From Spirochaetia bacterium (GTDB taxonomy: Bacteria > Spirochaetota > Spirochaetia > SZUA-6 > Bin103), in NCBI GenBank assembly GCA_965203905.1, contig CBDBDQ010000005.1, positions 7,424,001-7,488,000 of the forward strand: a stretch of DNA of 64,000 nucleotides. The letters are read 5' to 3'. This document shows, piece after piece, positions 38,031-48,366 of the stretch (within the stretch, counting starts at the first letter, position 1; each line of letters begins with the position of its first letter). A program made the position numbers and the translations under genes. The notes under the pieces were generated by a model. It did no database searches. It had not been told where the DNA came from and worked only from the letters and a program-made list of their open reading frames with translations.

Positions 38031-39548
38031 TCAGCCGGCAGCAAACGCAGCGCTCAAGTGCTTCCGTTCGCCAACGGGGAATTCCACCCCGGTGAACAGG
38101 CGGAACTGCTCGTAGGCCTGGCCCAGCAGCATCTCCCCGCCGGTGACGACCTGGCAGCCGGCCTGTCGCGCACGCTGAATCAGCGGCGTGTTCGGGGGCG
38201 TATAGACGATGTCGTATACGATTTCGTGTCCGCCGAGCGGGACCGCGGCGATGGGATCGTGGGCCGCGCCGGCATGCATCCCGACACTGGTGGCCTGCAC
38301 GATCAGGTCGCAGTAGCGGGCGACCTGCCGCGGCAGATCGGCGGCGGACAGCGCGACGAACGCGGCACCCATCTCGGAGGCGAGACGCTGCGCCCGTTGC
38401 GGATTGCGGTTGGCGACGAGCACCTCCACTCCCGCTCCGCGCAGCGCCCACACGATCGCGCGGGCAGCACCACCGGCACCGACCACCGTGGCGCGACGCA
38501 CGCGCCCGGCCGCCAGCGCCGGCTGCAGTGGAGCCAGGAAGCCCGCGATGTCGGTGTTGTAGCCGGTCCATCCGCCCTGCTCCCATACCAGCGTATTGCA
38601 CGCACCCGCCCCGCGAACCGACGGGTCGGTCCGCGCCAGCAGGGACATCACCGTCTCCTTGTGGGGGATGGTCACCGACAGCCCACGGACCCCCAACGAC
38701 GGCGCCAGGCGCAGGAATTCGGCCGCCACGTCCACCCGGAACGGCACGTACACACCTGCAATCCCGACCGCGGCCAGACCCCGATTGTGCACCTCCGGCG
38801 ACCGGGAGTGGGCCACCGGGTTGCCGATGAGCCCGAATACCGGGGTATCCGCTCCCAGGGAGTGGAACCGGTAGCGGTGCTGCATGGTAAACGGATCGAG
38901 CTGTCCCGGTGCCGCATGGCTCAAACCCGCCGAACTGACCGAGGTAAAGGTCAACCAGGAACCGAGTCGCGCCGCCAGCAGCCGGCTCGGCAGGCCGTAG
39001 TCTCCCATGCCGAGAACGATGCGGGGCGCCGGCACGGCACGGGCGGCGGCCACGATGCGTCCCAGGTCGGCGACGCCGTGCGGCGTAACGGCCAGCTTGG
39101 GGATCTCCCGGGCACTGCGCGCCAACCCGCGCAGCAGCCCTTCCAGGTTGGCCGGCGTTGCCTCCAGATCGTGCAGCGAGCGAATCACCCGTGGGCCGCG
39201 CCGCGGAAGGGCTACCGCGCCGGTGGGAAGATCCGCCTCCAGGTCGAGGTAGCGGTAGGCGGCAGCCGCTGCCTTCCGCAGCAGCTTCCGACGCGTCGTT
39301 TCAGGTGCCGGCCAGCTCCCGCCGTCGCGGCGCCGGCGGATGGTACACAGCGCCGGCAGCGGACACTCCAGCGCGAAGCGCGCAATGCCCGCCCACTGCG
39401 ACGGGTGCAGCAGGTCCACCCGCAACTCGACCATGTCCACCAGGCCGTGGCAACGGCGCACCTGGGCCAGGTTCTCGGCCAACGTGGGTGCGGTCAGACA
39501 CAGGCACAGCAGCGGACGGTTCAGCAGCGGACGGTTCACAGATGGCAA
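38031..39548 (-). CDS. aroE: Bifunctional type I 3-dehydroquinate dehydratase / shikimate dehydrogenase (AroD-AroE)
   Basis: ELRVD, TIRR..DGG, SLHD, KLA, MG, APGQ (DHQase I); GNPVAHSRSP, SVTIPHK, NTD, GAGGAARA, YDIVY, QA..QF (SDH). Confidence 0.94.
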   Translation of the reverse strand: MPSVNRPLLNRPLLCLCLTAPTLAENLAQVRRCHGLVDMVELRVDLLHPSQWAGIARFALECPLPALCTIRRRRDGGSWPAPETTRRKLLRKAAAAAYRYLDLEADLPTGAVALPRRGPRVIRSLHDLEATPANLEGLLRGLARSAREIPKLAVTPHGVADLGRIVAAARAVPAPRIVLGMGDYGLPSRLLAARLGSWLTFTSVSSAGLSHAAPGQLDPFTMQHRYRFHSLGADTPVFGLIGNPVAHSRSPEVHNRGLAAVGIAGVYVPFRVDVAAEFLRLAPSLGVRGLSVTIPHKETVMSLLARTDPSVRGAGACNTLVWEQGGWTGYNTDIAGFLAPLQPALAAGRVRRATVVGAGGAARAIVWALRGAGVEVLVANRNPQRAQRLASEMGAAFVALSAADLPRQVARYCDLIVQATSVGMHAGAAHDPIAAVPLGGHEIVYDIVYTPPNTPLIQRARQAGCQVVTGGEMLLGQAYEQFRLFTGVEFPVGERKHLSAAFAAG

Positions 39549-39600
39549 GGTTATTGCGGAGCGGCACCTCGGACCGCGCGCGGCTTCCTAACGCGGCGTG

Positions 39601-40944
39601 CTACCGCTCGGCCGGCGGCTCAACGTCAACCTCCTTGGGAGGTATGTACAGCTGCCAACCGGGAAAGATCAGGTCCGGATCCTGGATCAGCTTGCGATTC
39701 CGGTGCCAGATCTTGGGCCATAGCCACGCGTTCCCGTAGATGAAGTCGTACTCGGCGATACGCCACAGGGACTCACGGCGCTCGGGAATCAGGCGCACGG
39801 TATAGGTAGTCATGACTGCCAGCGCGGCGTAGGCGTCGCCGTAGCGCTGGGCCCGCTGGAAGTAGCCGGCCGCACGCCGGTAGTCGCCGCCATTGCGCTC
39901 GGCCACGCCGAGCTGCCACAGCTCCTTGGCCCGTTGCAGCAGAGCATGTTGCGGCACCTGCTCGACAGCGGTGTCAGCCATGCTCGGCGGCGAGGCGGCG
40001 TCCTCGCTCAGGAAGCGGTCACCTTCCCACGGCACCGGATCGACCACGATCTCCTCATCCGTGATGATGGTCAGCAAGGAGGCACTCTCCAGCTCGCTCA
40101 TGACCACGTGCATCAGCTCGTCGACCCGCTCACGCGTCATTTCAGCGCCCATCTCGACATCGGCCGCCCTGAGTGCCGTCCGCCCCGCCTCCCGCGCCGC
40201 TCCGAAATCACGCTCCGCGTCGTCCAGCACGTAGTGTTCGAGCAGCGCCATCTTGCCCTTCTCGTACAGCTCGTTCATGCGGGCGACCTGCATCGCGTCG
40301 GCTTCGGCGGCGGTATCCAGCCGGTCCTGAAGCATCTCGGTGGCACGCTTCAGCTCCAGCACCCGCGCAAGTTGCGCGGCGACCGTATCACGCAGGTTCT
40401 GCATCCCACGGATCACGGCAGCGGCGGCATCGGAGCCATCGGCCAGCAGACCGCTGTCGAACAGCTCCTTGACGCGTGCCACCTCGGCTTCCACGTCGGC
40501 GTACTCTTCAGGAGTGAAGCGATCGACCTGGTTGTCCTTGAGCTCCTGTACCAGGAGATCCATCGTCAGAACGAGCTGTCGGCGTGCCAGCCCCAACGAG
40601 TTCCGATAGGCCTCGTCGGCCTTGAGCCGGGCACGGGTAGCCGCGGCACCGGCACCCTCGGGATCGCTGCTCTGCAGCCGCTCGCCTTCCTCCAGGGCAG
40701 TGCGTGCCTCCCCGAGGACGAACGGATCGTAAGTCTCCGCGCCCGCCTCCGCGGCACGCGCGATCGCTACCCGCGCCTGCCGCAACGCCTCGACCACGGC
40801 TACCGTCTGGCCGCCGTCGGCGGTCTCGGACGGAACCGCCAGCAACTCGTCCGGGGAAGGCTCGGGGGTAGTCCTGCAGTACACGAGCGCCAGCGCGAAC
40901 AGAACTGCGGCTACCAGCCTGGCGCCCCTCAATCGATCCCCCAA
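39601..40944 (-). CDS. Helical-repeat lipoprotein with C-terminal LysM-like domain
   Basis: Signal peptide with Cys (ALVYC), alpha-helical repeats, YTV...SLWRIA...YGNAWLWPKIW..N...IQDPDLIFPGW. Confidence 0.85.
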   Translation of the reverse strand: MGDRLRGARLVAAVLFALALVYCRTTPEPSPDELLAVPSETADGGQTVAVVEALRQARVAIARAAEAGAETYDPFVLGEARTALEEGERLQSSDPEGAGAAATRARLKADEAYRNSLGLARRQLVLTMDLLVQELKDNQVDRFTPEEYADVEAEVARVKELFDSGLLADGSDAAAAVIRGMQNLRDTVAAQLARVLELKRATEMLQDRLDTAAEADAMQVARMNELYEKGKMALLEHYVLDDAERDFGAAREAGRTALRAADVEMGAEMTRERVDELMHVVMSELESASLLTIITDEEIVVDPVPWEGDRFLSEDAASPPSMADTAVEQVPQHALLQRAKELWQLGVAERNGGDYRRAAGYFQRAQRYGDAYAALAVMTTYTVRLIPERRESLWRIAEYDFIYGNAWLWPKIWHRNRKLIQDPDLIFPGWQLYIPPKEVDVEPPAER

Positions 40945-40966
40945 TGCAAGCTACTCGCTACGCGCG

Positions 40967-42082
<1,116 letters not shown>

Positions 42083-42142
42083 ATTCTTGCCCCTCGCTCC
42101 GGCCACGCTGAAGCGTGCCTGACTATCCCATAGTATGCGCTC

Positions 42143-42171
42143 ACAGTAACGCAGCGGCGCCAAAGTGTCAA
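42143..42171 (-). promoter_or_regulatory. sigma70 promoter of the ABC ATPase
   Basis: TTGACA-N17-TACTGT. Confidence 0.6.
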
Positions 42172-42199
42172 ACGGCCTGTGCCCGCGCCGCACTGCGGG

Positions 42200-43453
42200 T
42201 TACGGTATGTCGACGCTGCGGCGCCAGCGGCTGAGCGCCTCCGCCAGGCCGGGCTGTCGGCCGTCCGCCGGAGCCCCGGCGGCTACCGCGGCGCGCAGCC
42301 ATGGTCGCACCACCTGCTCCTTCGCCTCACCCCAGTAGACCGGCGCCGGTGGCGGCAGCCGCAGCAGGTCGGCAGCGGGCAGGCGCCCGATCAGGAACCC
42401 GTGGGTGCGCGGCAGAATACGCTCGCTGACCTCGCGCAGCACGGGAAACCCACCGGCCAGACCGAAGCCGCGCAAGCGCTTGAACGCGGCGGTGTCCAGC
42501 AACCGCGCCTGGACCTCCGGCTGGTATATCCAGCTCAGGAACAGGCGCGCTCCGGCGGCGTTGCCACCCGCCACGGGAATGGCGAATGACGAGTAGCCTT
42601 CCAGCACCGGAATGCCGCCCTCCAGCGCCAGCCAGCGAAAGTCGAGCAGCTCCCGCTTCGGCTCCGGGAGCAGGGCGAAGCTGGCGATATCGCTCAGATA
42701 CATGCGCACCCGTCCTTCCAGCACCAGTTGATACAGCGGGCGATGAAAGTAGGTGTCGGTGAACTCCCGGTCGCTGGCGATGCCGCCGTGACTGCTGCGA
42801 ATCCAGTCGCGGGCGGCTGCCGCCGCTTGCGCCACCGCAGCGGCGTCGATGTTCACGTGGCCGTCGGCGGTGGCGGCGAAGCCGGCGCCGAAGGACTGTG
42901 CGAGGTAGTAGACCAGGTCGACGTCCCACAGCGGTGAGAAGCCGACGCGAGTGACGCGCTCCGGCGTACCGGTGACGTACTCCTCACCAAGGCGGCGCAG
43001 TTCCTCCGCGGTCAGCACGAACTGGTCGATCGCGGGCGGTGCCGCCGCACGTGCGAACACGACCACCGGCAGATTGAAGGCAAACGGCAGGGTAACCCGC
43101 CGGGCGTCGGCCTGGTCCGCCGCCTCCAGCCCCGGAAAGAACGAGGCGTCCGCCACCTGGTCCTGCAGACCTCGATCCAGGGGCAGCAGCAGGCGCTGCA
43201 GCTCCGGACTTGCGAGCCAGGACCCGAACACCAGATCGGGAGCCTCGGCGCCGCGCAGCAACGCCTGTGCCGGCTGCGCCACGTAAGTCAACTCCACCTT
43301 CACCGGCCCCGCCGCCGCATTGAAGGTCTCTACGTAGGCGGCCAGCTCCGCGCGGTCGCTCCACAGCTCGACGATGGGCTGCATCCGGTCGCAGGCGCCC
43401 GCCGCCAGCAGCAGCGCCGCCCACAGGGCTCCGTGGAGGCGTAGCGGGCGCAC
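42200..43453 (-). CDS. Putative extracellular solute-binding lipoprotein
   Basis: GTG start; lipobox AGAC; SBP-family-1-like segments (ETFNA...VELTY, APDL, LPFAFNLP, ARLFLSW...EVQ). Confidence 0.75.
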   Translation of the reverse strand: MRPLRLHGALWAALLLAAGACDRMQPIVELWSDRAELAAYVETFNAAAGPVKVELTYVAQPAQALLRGAEAPDLVFGSWLASPELQRLLLPLDRGLQDQVADASFFPGLEAADQADARRVTLPFAFNLPVVVFARAAAPPAIDQFVLTAEELRRLGEEYVTGTPERVTRVGFSPLWDVDLVYYLAQSFGAGFAATADGHVNIDAAAVAQAAAAARDWIRSSHGGIASDREFTDTYFHRPLYQLVLEGRVRMYLSDIASFALLPEPKRELLDFRWLALEGGIPVLEGYSSFAIPVAGGNAAGARLFLSWIYQPEVQARLLDTAAFKRLRGFGLAGGFPVLREVSERILPRTHGFLIGRLPAADLLRLPPPAPVYWGEAKEQVVRPWLRAAVAAGAPADGRQPGLAEALSRWRRSVDIP

Positions 43454-43460
43454 CCGCCGC

Positions 43461-44759
43461 TCAGCTTCCCGCGAGCCCCTGCGCGGCGGCGTAGATCTCG
43501 GCAAACAGCGCCTCCAGGTCGTCATGCGCCACGGTGGAAAACGCCACCCGCAGGTAGTCGTCGCCCACCGAAATGGTGCCGACGCCACGCTCGCGCAACA
43601 GCTTGCGCCGCAGCGTCTCCGCCTTGCCGTCCGCCACCCGCAGGGTGAGGAAGTACCCGGAGTTGAACGGCAGCGGCTGCAGCGGACCAGCGGCGCCCGA
43701 GCGGGCGGCGAGAATCTCCCGCACGCGCCGGTAGCGCACCGCGATCGCCTCCAGGTTGGCGGCACGGTCGGCATGGTAGGTGCCGGTCTGCATCCCGCGC
43801 AGCAGCAGGCTCTGGGTCAACATGCCGGAGCTGGACACCGACGAGCGCACGGCCCCCATCAGCTTCTGCTCCAGCGCGGTGTAGTGGGAAGCACTCAGAC
43901 CGCGCGCCGCCAGCGTGAGGAACCCGAGGCGAAAGCCCCACACGTAGTTTTCCTTCGTGGCGCCGTCCACCTTGACCGCGAGCAGCCCCTCGTGGGCCTG
44001 GTTGAGACGGGCGAACAGCGACTCGTGGCAGCTCTCGGCTTCGTAGAACAGGCCGAAGTAGGCGTCGTCGCAGATCACCACCAGCAGCACCCCACGCGCG
44101 GCGGTTTCTCGCAACGCGTCCGCCAGGGCCGCCATCTCGGCGTCGTTCGGGGTGTAACCGGTCGGGTTGTTGGGGAAGTTGAGGAGCAGGACCACCTTGT
44201 CTCCGGCGGGTGTCCGCTCCAGCGCCGCGGCCACAGCGGCTACGTTGAAGCCTCCCTCCGGGGTAAAGAAGGGAACCGTCTCGAGCTGCGCCTGACGCCG
44301 TTCCTCCATCACCAGGCGGTAGTTGCCCCAAAACAGATCCGGCACCACGACGCGGTCGCCACGCTCCACCAGCAGGTCGGCGGCTATGGTGATGCCGTGG
44401 GTGAGCCCGGCGGTCACCAGGGGCAGTGAGACCGGCCCCTGCAGGCTCGGGTTCTTCTCCTGCATCTCCCGCAGCCAGGCCCGCCGCAGGTCCGGCAGGC
44501 CCGCGGTCGGGGCATAGGCAAAGATCGCCGCGGGATCGAGCTCCGGTATCAAGGCTCGGATACCGTCGAGATAGAGCGGCGTGGCACCGTCGGTGGCGAT
44601 GCCCACCGTGGCATTGAAGCGATGCGCGTGCTGCGTCGCCTCGGCAGTCTGCGCCACCACTCCGCGCGGGAAGTAGAGACGGCGTCCGAAGTCGGACAGC
44701 AGGCGCGGCACAGCGGTGGCGGCGAGCGTACGGTTGAGATCCTCGGCAATGGGGTTCAT
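43461..44759 (-). CDS. Class I/II PLP aminotransferase (aspartate aminotransferase-like)
   Basis: YAPTAG, WGNY, LNFPNNPTGY, DDAY, KVDGATKE..WGFRLG. Confidence 0.93.
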   Translation of the reverse strand: MNPIAEDLNRTLAATAVPRLLSDFGRRLYFPRGVVAQTAEATQHAHRFNATVGIATDGATPLYLDGIRALIPELDPAAIFAYAPTAGLPDLRRAWLREMQEKNPSLQGPVSLPLVTAGLTHGITIAADLLVERGDRVVVPDLFWGNYRLVMEERRQAQLETVPFFTPEGGFNVAAVAAALERTPAGDKVVLLLNFPNNPTGYTPNDAEMAALADALRETAARGVLLVVICDDAYFGLFYEAESCHESLFARLNQAHEGLLAVKVDGATKENYVWGFRLGFLTLAARGLSASHYTALEQKLMGAVRSSVSSSGMLTQSLLLRGMQTGTYHADRAANLEAIAVRYRRVREILAARSGAAGPLQPLPFNSGYFLTLRVADGKAETLRRKLLRERGVGTISVGDDYLRVAFSTVAHDDLEALFAEIYAAAQGLAGS

Positions 44760-44790
44760 TACGCTGACTGTTGGCGGAATGGCGGGACGT

Positions 44791-44828
44791 TTGTCAACGC
44801 CATCCAATCCAAGCTACATTTCGGTATT
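44791..44828 (+). promoter_or_regulatory. Promoter of the NifA-like gene overlapped by a candidate autoregulatory site
   Basis: TTGTCA-N18-TACATT; GCTAC-atttcg-GTATT at 44813-44828 covers the -10 box. Confidence 0.5.
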
Positions 44829-44830
44829 GA

Positions 44831-46387
44831 ATGTCCTCTGCCGTCTCTCCCGCCGAGGTCCGTAGCGAGGTAAGCGAGCTCAGCCTGCTGTTCGAGATCA
44901 GCCGCATCCTCGACTCCAGCCTCAACCTGCGCGACGTGGTGCACCCGGTGCTGGAGGCTCTGGGGCGACACATGGGGATCCGTCTGGGAGTGCTGACCCT
45001 GCTGAACCGGGCCACCGAGCGCATCTCCATCGAAGCCGCGTTCGGACTGTCGGAGAGCCAGCAGCGGCGCGGCCGGTACAAGATCGGCGAAGGGATTACC
45101 GGCGGCGTGGTGCAGTCCGGCGCCCCCGCCATCGTGCCCAAGATCGCGGACGAGCCGGCCATGGTGCATCGTACCGGTGCCGCCAGCAATCCGGATCTTG
45201 CCGAGCTCTCCTTCATCTGCGTGCCAATCAAGTCGGGCAATTCAGTAATCGGCTCGCTCGGCACCGACAAGCTGTTCCCGCCGGAGGCGCAGTTCGACGA
45301 GGACGTGCGCCTGCTCTCGATCATCGCCTCCATGATCTCGCAGGCGGTCAAGCTGCGGCAGGCTGCGCAGGAGGAACGGCGCCGTCTGTTGGAGGAGAAC
45401 GACCGCCTGCAGGAGGAACTGAAGGATCGGTTCCGGCCCCAGAACCTGGTCGGTAACTCGGAAGGCATGAACAGCGTGTTCCGCCTGGTGGCGCAGGTGT
45501 CCCGCAGCGACGCCACGGTGCTGGTGCGCGGCGAGACCGGCACGGGCAAGGACCTGGTGGCCCACGCGATCCACTACAACAGCGCCCGCGCCACCAAGCC
45601 GTTCATCAAGGTGAACTGCGCCGCGTTGCCGGAATCGGTGATCGAGAGCGAGCTGTTCGGGCATGAGCGCGGCGCGTTCACCGGCGCCGTGGCGACGCGC
45701 AAGGGACGTTTCGAGCTGGCCCACGGCGGGACCCTGTTTCTGGACGAGATCGGCGACCTGTCCTCGGCCACCCAGGTAAAACTGCTGCGGGTGCTCCAGG
45801 AAGGTGAGTTCGAGCGCGTCGGCGGCAACACCACCCAGCGCAGCGACGTCCGCGTCATCGCCGCCACCAACCGCAACCTCGAGGAACTGATCGAGCGGGA
45901 GGAGTTCCGGGCCGACCTCTACTACCGGCTCAACGTATTCCCGATCCACATCCCGCCGCTGCGCGAACGCAAGACCGACCTGCTGCTGCTGGCGGACCAC
46001 TTCGTCGCCAGGTACGGCCGCGAAAACCACAAGGACATCAAGCGCATCACGACCCCCGCGATCGACATGCTGATGAGCTACCACTGGCCCGGTAACGTGC
46101 GCGAACTGGAAAACTGCATCGAGCGGGCAGTGCTGCTGAGCAACGACGAGGTGATTCACGGCCACCACCTGCCGCCGACCCTGCAGACCGCGGACGCGAG
46201 CGGCACCACGCCCAGCGGCAGCCTGCAGGGCACCATCAACGCGATCGAGCGCGAGTTGATCCAGGACGCCCTCAAGTGGGCCAAGGGGAACATGGCGCGC
46301 GCCGCACGGTCGCTGCAGATCAGCGAGCGCATCATGGGCCTGCGGGTGCGCAAGTTCCGAATCGATCCCACCACCTACAAGAGCTGA
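44831..46387 (+). CDS. NifA-type sigma54 enhancer-binding protein (GAF-AAA+-HTH)
   Basis: GAF (YKIGEGITG, SFICVPIK), GETGTGKD, ESELFGHERGAFTGA, LFLDEIG, WPGNVREL, Fis-type HTH; no receiver domain. Confidence 0.95.
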   Translation: MSSAVSPAEVRSEVSELSLLFEISRILDSSLNLRDVVHPVLEALGRHMGIRLGVLTLLNRATERISIEAAFGLSESQQRRGRYKIGEGITGGVVQSGAPAIVPKIADEPAMVHRTGAASNPDLAELSFICVPIKSGNSVIGSLGTDKLFPPEAQFDEDVRLLSIIASMISQAVKLRQAAQEERRRLLEENDRLQEELKDRFRPQNLVGNSEGMNSVFRLVAQVSRSDATVLVRGETGTGKDLVAHAIHYNSARATKPFIKVNCAALPESVIESELFGHERGAFTGAVATRKGRFELAHGGTLFLDEIGDLSSATQVKLLRVLQEGEFERVGGNTTQRSDVRVIAATNRNLEELIEREEFRADLYYRLNVFPIHIPPLRERKTDLLLLADHFVARYGRENHKDIKRITTPAIDMLMSYHWPGNVRELENCIERAVLLSNDEVIHGHHLPPTLQTADASGTTPSGSLQGTINAIERELIQDALKWAKGNMARAARSLQISERIMGLRVRKFRIDPTTYKS

Positions 46388-46414
46388 CTCAGCGCGATCA
46401 CTCCGAGAGAGATC

Positions 46415-46461
46415 CCGACATGCCCGTAGGTGCTGACCCTGCCTTCCTACGCCCACGTAGG
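46415..46461. promoter_or_regulatory. Paired upstream activator sites for amtB-glnK
   Basis: CCGAC-N6-GTAGG (46415-46430) and perfect CCTAC-N6-GTAGG (46446-46461), 31 bp apart. Confidence 0.7.
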
Positions 46462-46515
46462 CTCTTCGAAGCCATCCCAGAGAGTTACTGAGGAGTCCTC
46501 GTACCTGGTTGTCCT

Positions 46516-46531
46516 TGGCACGGAACTTGCT
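46516..46531 (+). promoter_or_regulatory. sigma54 -24/-12 promoter of amtB-glnK
   Basis: TGGCAC-GGAAC-TTGCT matches the consensus TGGCAC-N5-TTGCW. Confidence 0.9.
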
Positions 46532-46576
46532 TAAGGATTGACATCACACAAATCCGTGTCAAGGAGGACTTGGAGA

Positions 46577-47923
46577 GTGCGACGTTTCCTGATAACAGCC
46601 GGAGCGCTGTTGGTGTTCGGCGCCGTCTACGGCTTCGCCGACTCGAATTCGAACGCTGTGGCAATCGACACCGTGTGGACCTTGATGGCCGCGGTGCTGG
46701 TGTTCCTGATGCAGGCGGGCTTCGCCATGCTGGAGACCGGATTCACCCGTGCCAAGAATGCCGCCAACATCATGATGAAGAACCTGATGGACTTCTCCAT
46801 CGGCACGCTGGCGTTCTGGGCGATCGGCTTCGGAATCATGTTCGGGGCGGACGCCGCGGGGCTGTTCGGCTCCAGCAAGTTCTTCCTGGCCGGGGCCGTG
46901 GTGGACGATGCGTTCTCCGACTTCACCTTCTGGGTATTCCAGGTGATGTTCGCCGCCACTGCCGCAACCATCGTCTCCGGTGCGGTGGCGGAACGCACCC
47001 AGTTCAAGGCCTACCTGGTCTACTCGGTGTTCATCAGCGGGCTGATCTATCCGGTGGTGGGGCATTGGATCTGGGGCGGCGGCTGGCTCAGCAACCTGGG
47101 GCCCAACGGCGTCATGGACTTCGCCGGCTCCACCGTGGTGCACTCGGTCGGCGGCTGGGCCGGTCTCGCTGGAGCCATGGTGCTGGGAGCCCGCGAGGGC
47201 AAGTACGTCAAGAACGGTGCCAACGGCCGGAGCGGCAAGGTCTTGGTCAACGCCATTCAGGGGCATAACATGCCGTTGGCCGCGCTCGGCGTGTTCCTGC
47301 TCTGGTTCGGATGGTTCGGCTTCAACGCCGGCAGCACCGTGGCCGGTACCGATCTGTCCATTGCGGCCATCGCCGTCACCACCAACCTGGCGGCCGCGTC
47401 GGGAGTGGTCGGCGCGCTGATCGTGGCCTGGATCATCTCCGGCAAGCCCGACCCCACCTTTGCCCTGAACGGCGCCATCGCCGGGCTGGTAGCCATCACC
47501 GCCGGCTGCGCCAACCTGTCGCCGGGCAGCGCCGTCATCGTCGGCTTCCTGGGCGGTGTGCTGGTGGTGTTGTCGGTGCAGTTCATAGACCGGGTGCTGC
47601 ACGTGGACGATCCGGTGGGCGCCATCTCCGCCCACGGCGTGGTCGGTGCCTGGGGCACCATCGCCGTCGGCCTGTTCGCGCAGGAAAAGTTCGGCGGCGT
47701 CAACGGCCTGTTCTTCGGCGGCGGTTTCGGCCAGTTGGGCGTGCAGATCGTCGGCGTGCTGGCGGTGTTCGCGTGGACCTTCGTCACTTCTCTGGTATTG
47801 TTCAAGCTGATCAAGGCCACCGTCGGCCTGCGGGTCAGCCGCAACGAGGAGCTGCGCGGGCTTGACATCGAGGAGCACGGCACCGAGGCGTACACCGATT
47901 TCGAGGTGTACACGACCCGCTAG
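46577..47923 (+). CDS. amtB: Ammonium transporter
   Basis: [54 protein letters not shown]; AAGGAGG SD before the GTG. Confidence 0.97.
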   Translation: MRRFLITAGALLVFGAVYGFADSNSNAVAIDTVWTLMAAVLVFLMQAGFAMLETGFTRAKNAANIMMKNLMDFSIGTLAFWAIGFGIMFGADAAGLFGSSKFFLAGAVVDDAFSDFTFWVFQVMFAATAATIVSGAVAERTQFKAYLVYSVFISGLIYPVVGHWIWGGGWLSNLGPNGVMDFAGSTVVHSVGGWAGLAGAMVLGAREGKYVKNGANGRSGKVLVNAIQGHNMPLAALGVFLLWFGWFGFNAGSTVAGTDLSIAAIAVTTNLAAASGVVGALIVAWIISGKPDPTFALNGAIAGLVAITAGCANLSPGSAVIVGFLGGVLVVLSVQFIDRVLHVDDPVGAISAHGVVGAWGTIAVGLFAQEKFGGVNGLFFGGGFGQLGVQIVGVLAVFAWTFVTSLVLFKLIKATVGLRVSRNEELRGLDIEEHGTEAYTDFEVYTTR

Positions 47924-47936
47924 AGGAGAGGACTCA

Positions 47937-48278
47937 ATGAAGCTCATTATCGCCTACGTTCAGCCGCACAAGCTGAACGACGTAAAGCAGGAGTTGTTCA
48001 AGGAGGAGGTCGGCAAGATGTCGGTAACCAACGCCTTGGGCTGCGGCCAACAGATGGGTTACACCGAGACCTATCGCGGTGTCCAGATCGAGGTAAACCT
48101 GCTCAAGAAGGTGCGTATGGAGATCGCCGTCAACGACGAATTCCTGGAACGTACCATCGACGCCATCGTGCGCGGTGCCCGCACCGGTGAGATCGGCGAC
48201 GGCAAGATCTTCGTGGTCGAGCTCAATCAGTGTATCCGCATCCGCTCCGGTGAAGTGGGCAAGGTGGCTATCGGCTGA
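47937..48278 (+). CDS. glnK: PII nitrogen regulatory protein (GlnK-type)
   Basis: MKLIIAY..P.KL..VK...YRG...[12 protein letters not shown]...RIRSGE; directly after amtB. Confidence 0.96.
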   Translation: MKLIIAYVQPHKLNDVKQELFKEEVGKMSVTNALGCGQQMGYTETYRGVQIEVNLLKKVRMEIAVNDEFLERTIDAIVRGARTGEIGDGKIFVVELNQCIRIRSGEVGKVAIG

Positions 48279-48313
48279 TCCCCGCGCGGCAGGAGCCGAC
48301 TCCGTTTTTCTCG

Positions 48314-48356
48314 ACCCCGACTCGGTGGCGCCGGAGCCATCGGGTCGGGGTTTCTT
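48314..48356 (+). terminator. Rho-independent terminator between convergent glnK and glnE
   Basis: ACCCCGACTCGGTGGC...GCCATCGGGTCGGGGT stem followed by TTCTT; a small GGAG/CTCC hairpin with GTTTTT lies just upstream. Confidence 0.75.
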
Positions 48357-48366
48357 GCGCCCGTCG

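Noticed and set aside
44831-46387. Calling the activator nifA and inferring nitrogen fixation
   Set aside because: No nif genes are in the window and I saw no TGT-N10-ACA boxes at the target promoters; the apparent targets are amtB-glnK and glnA.
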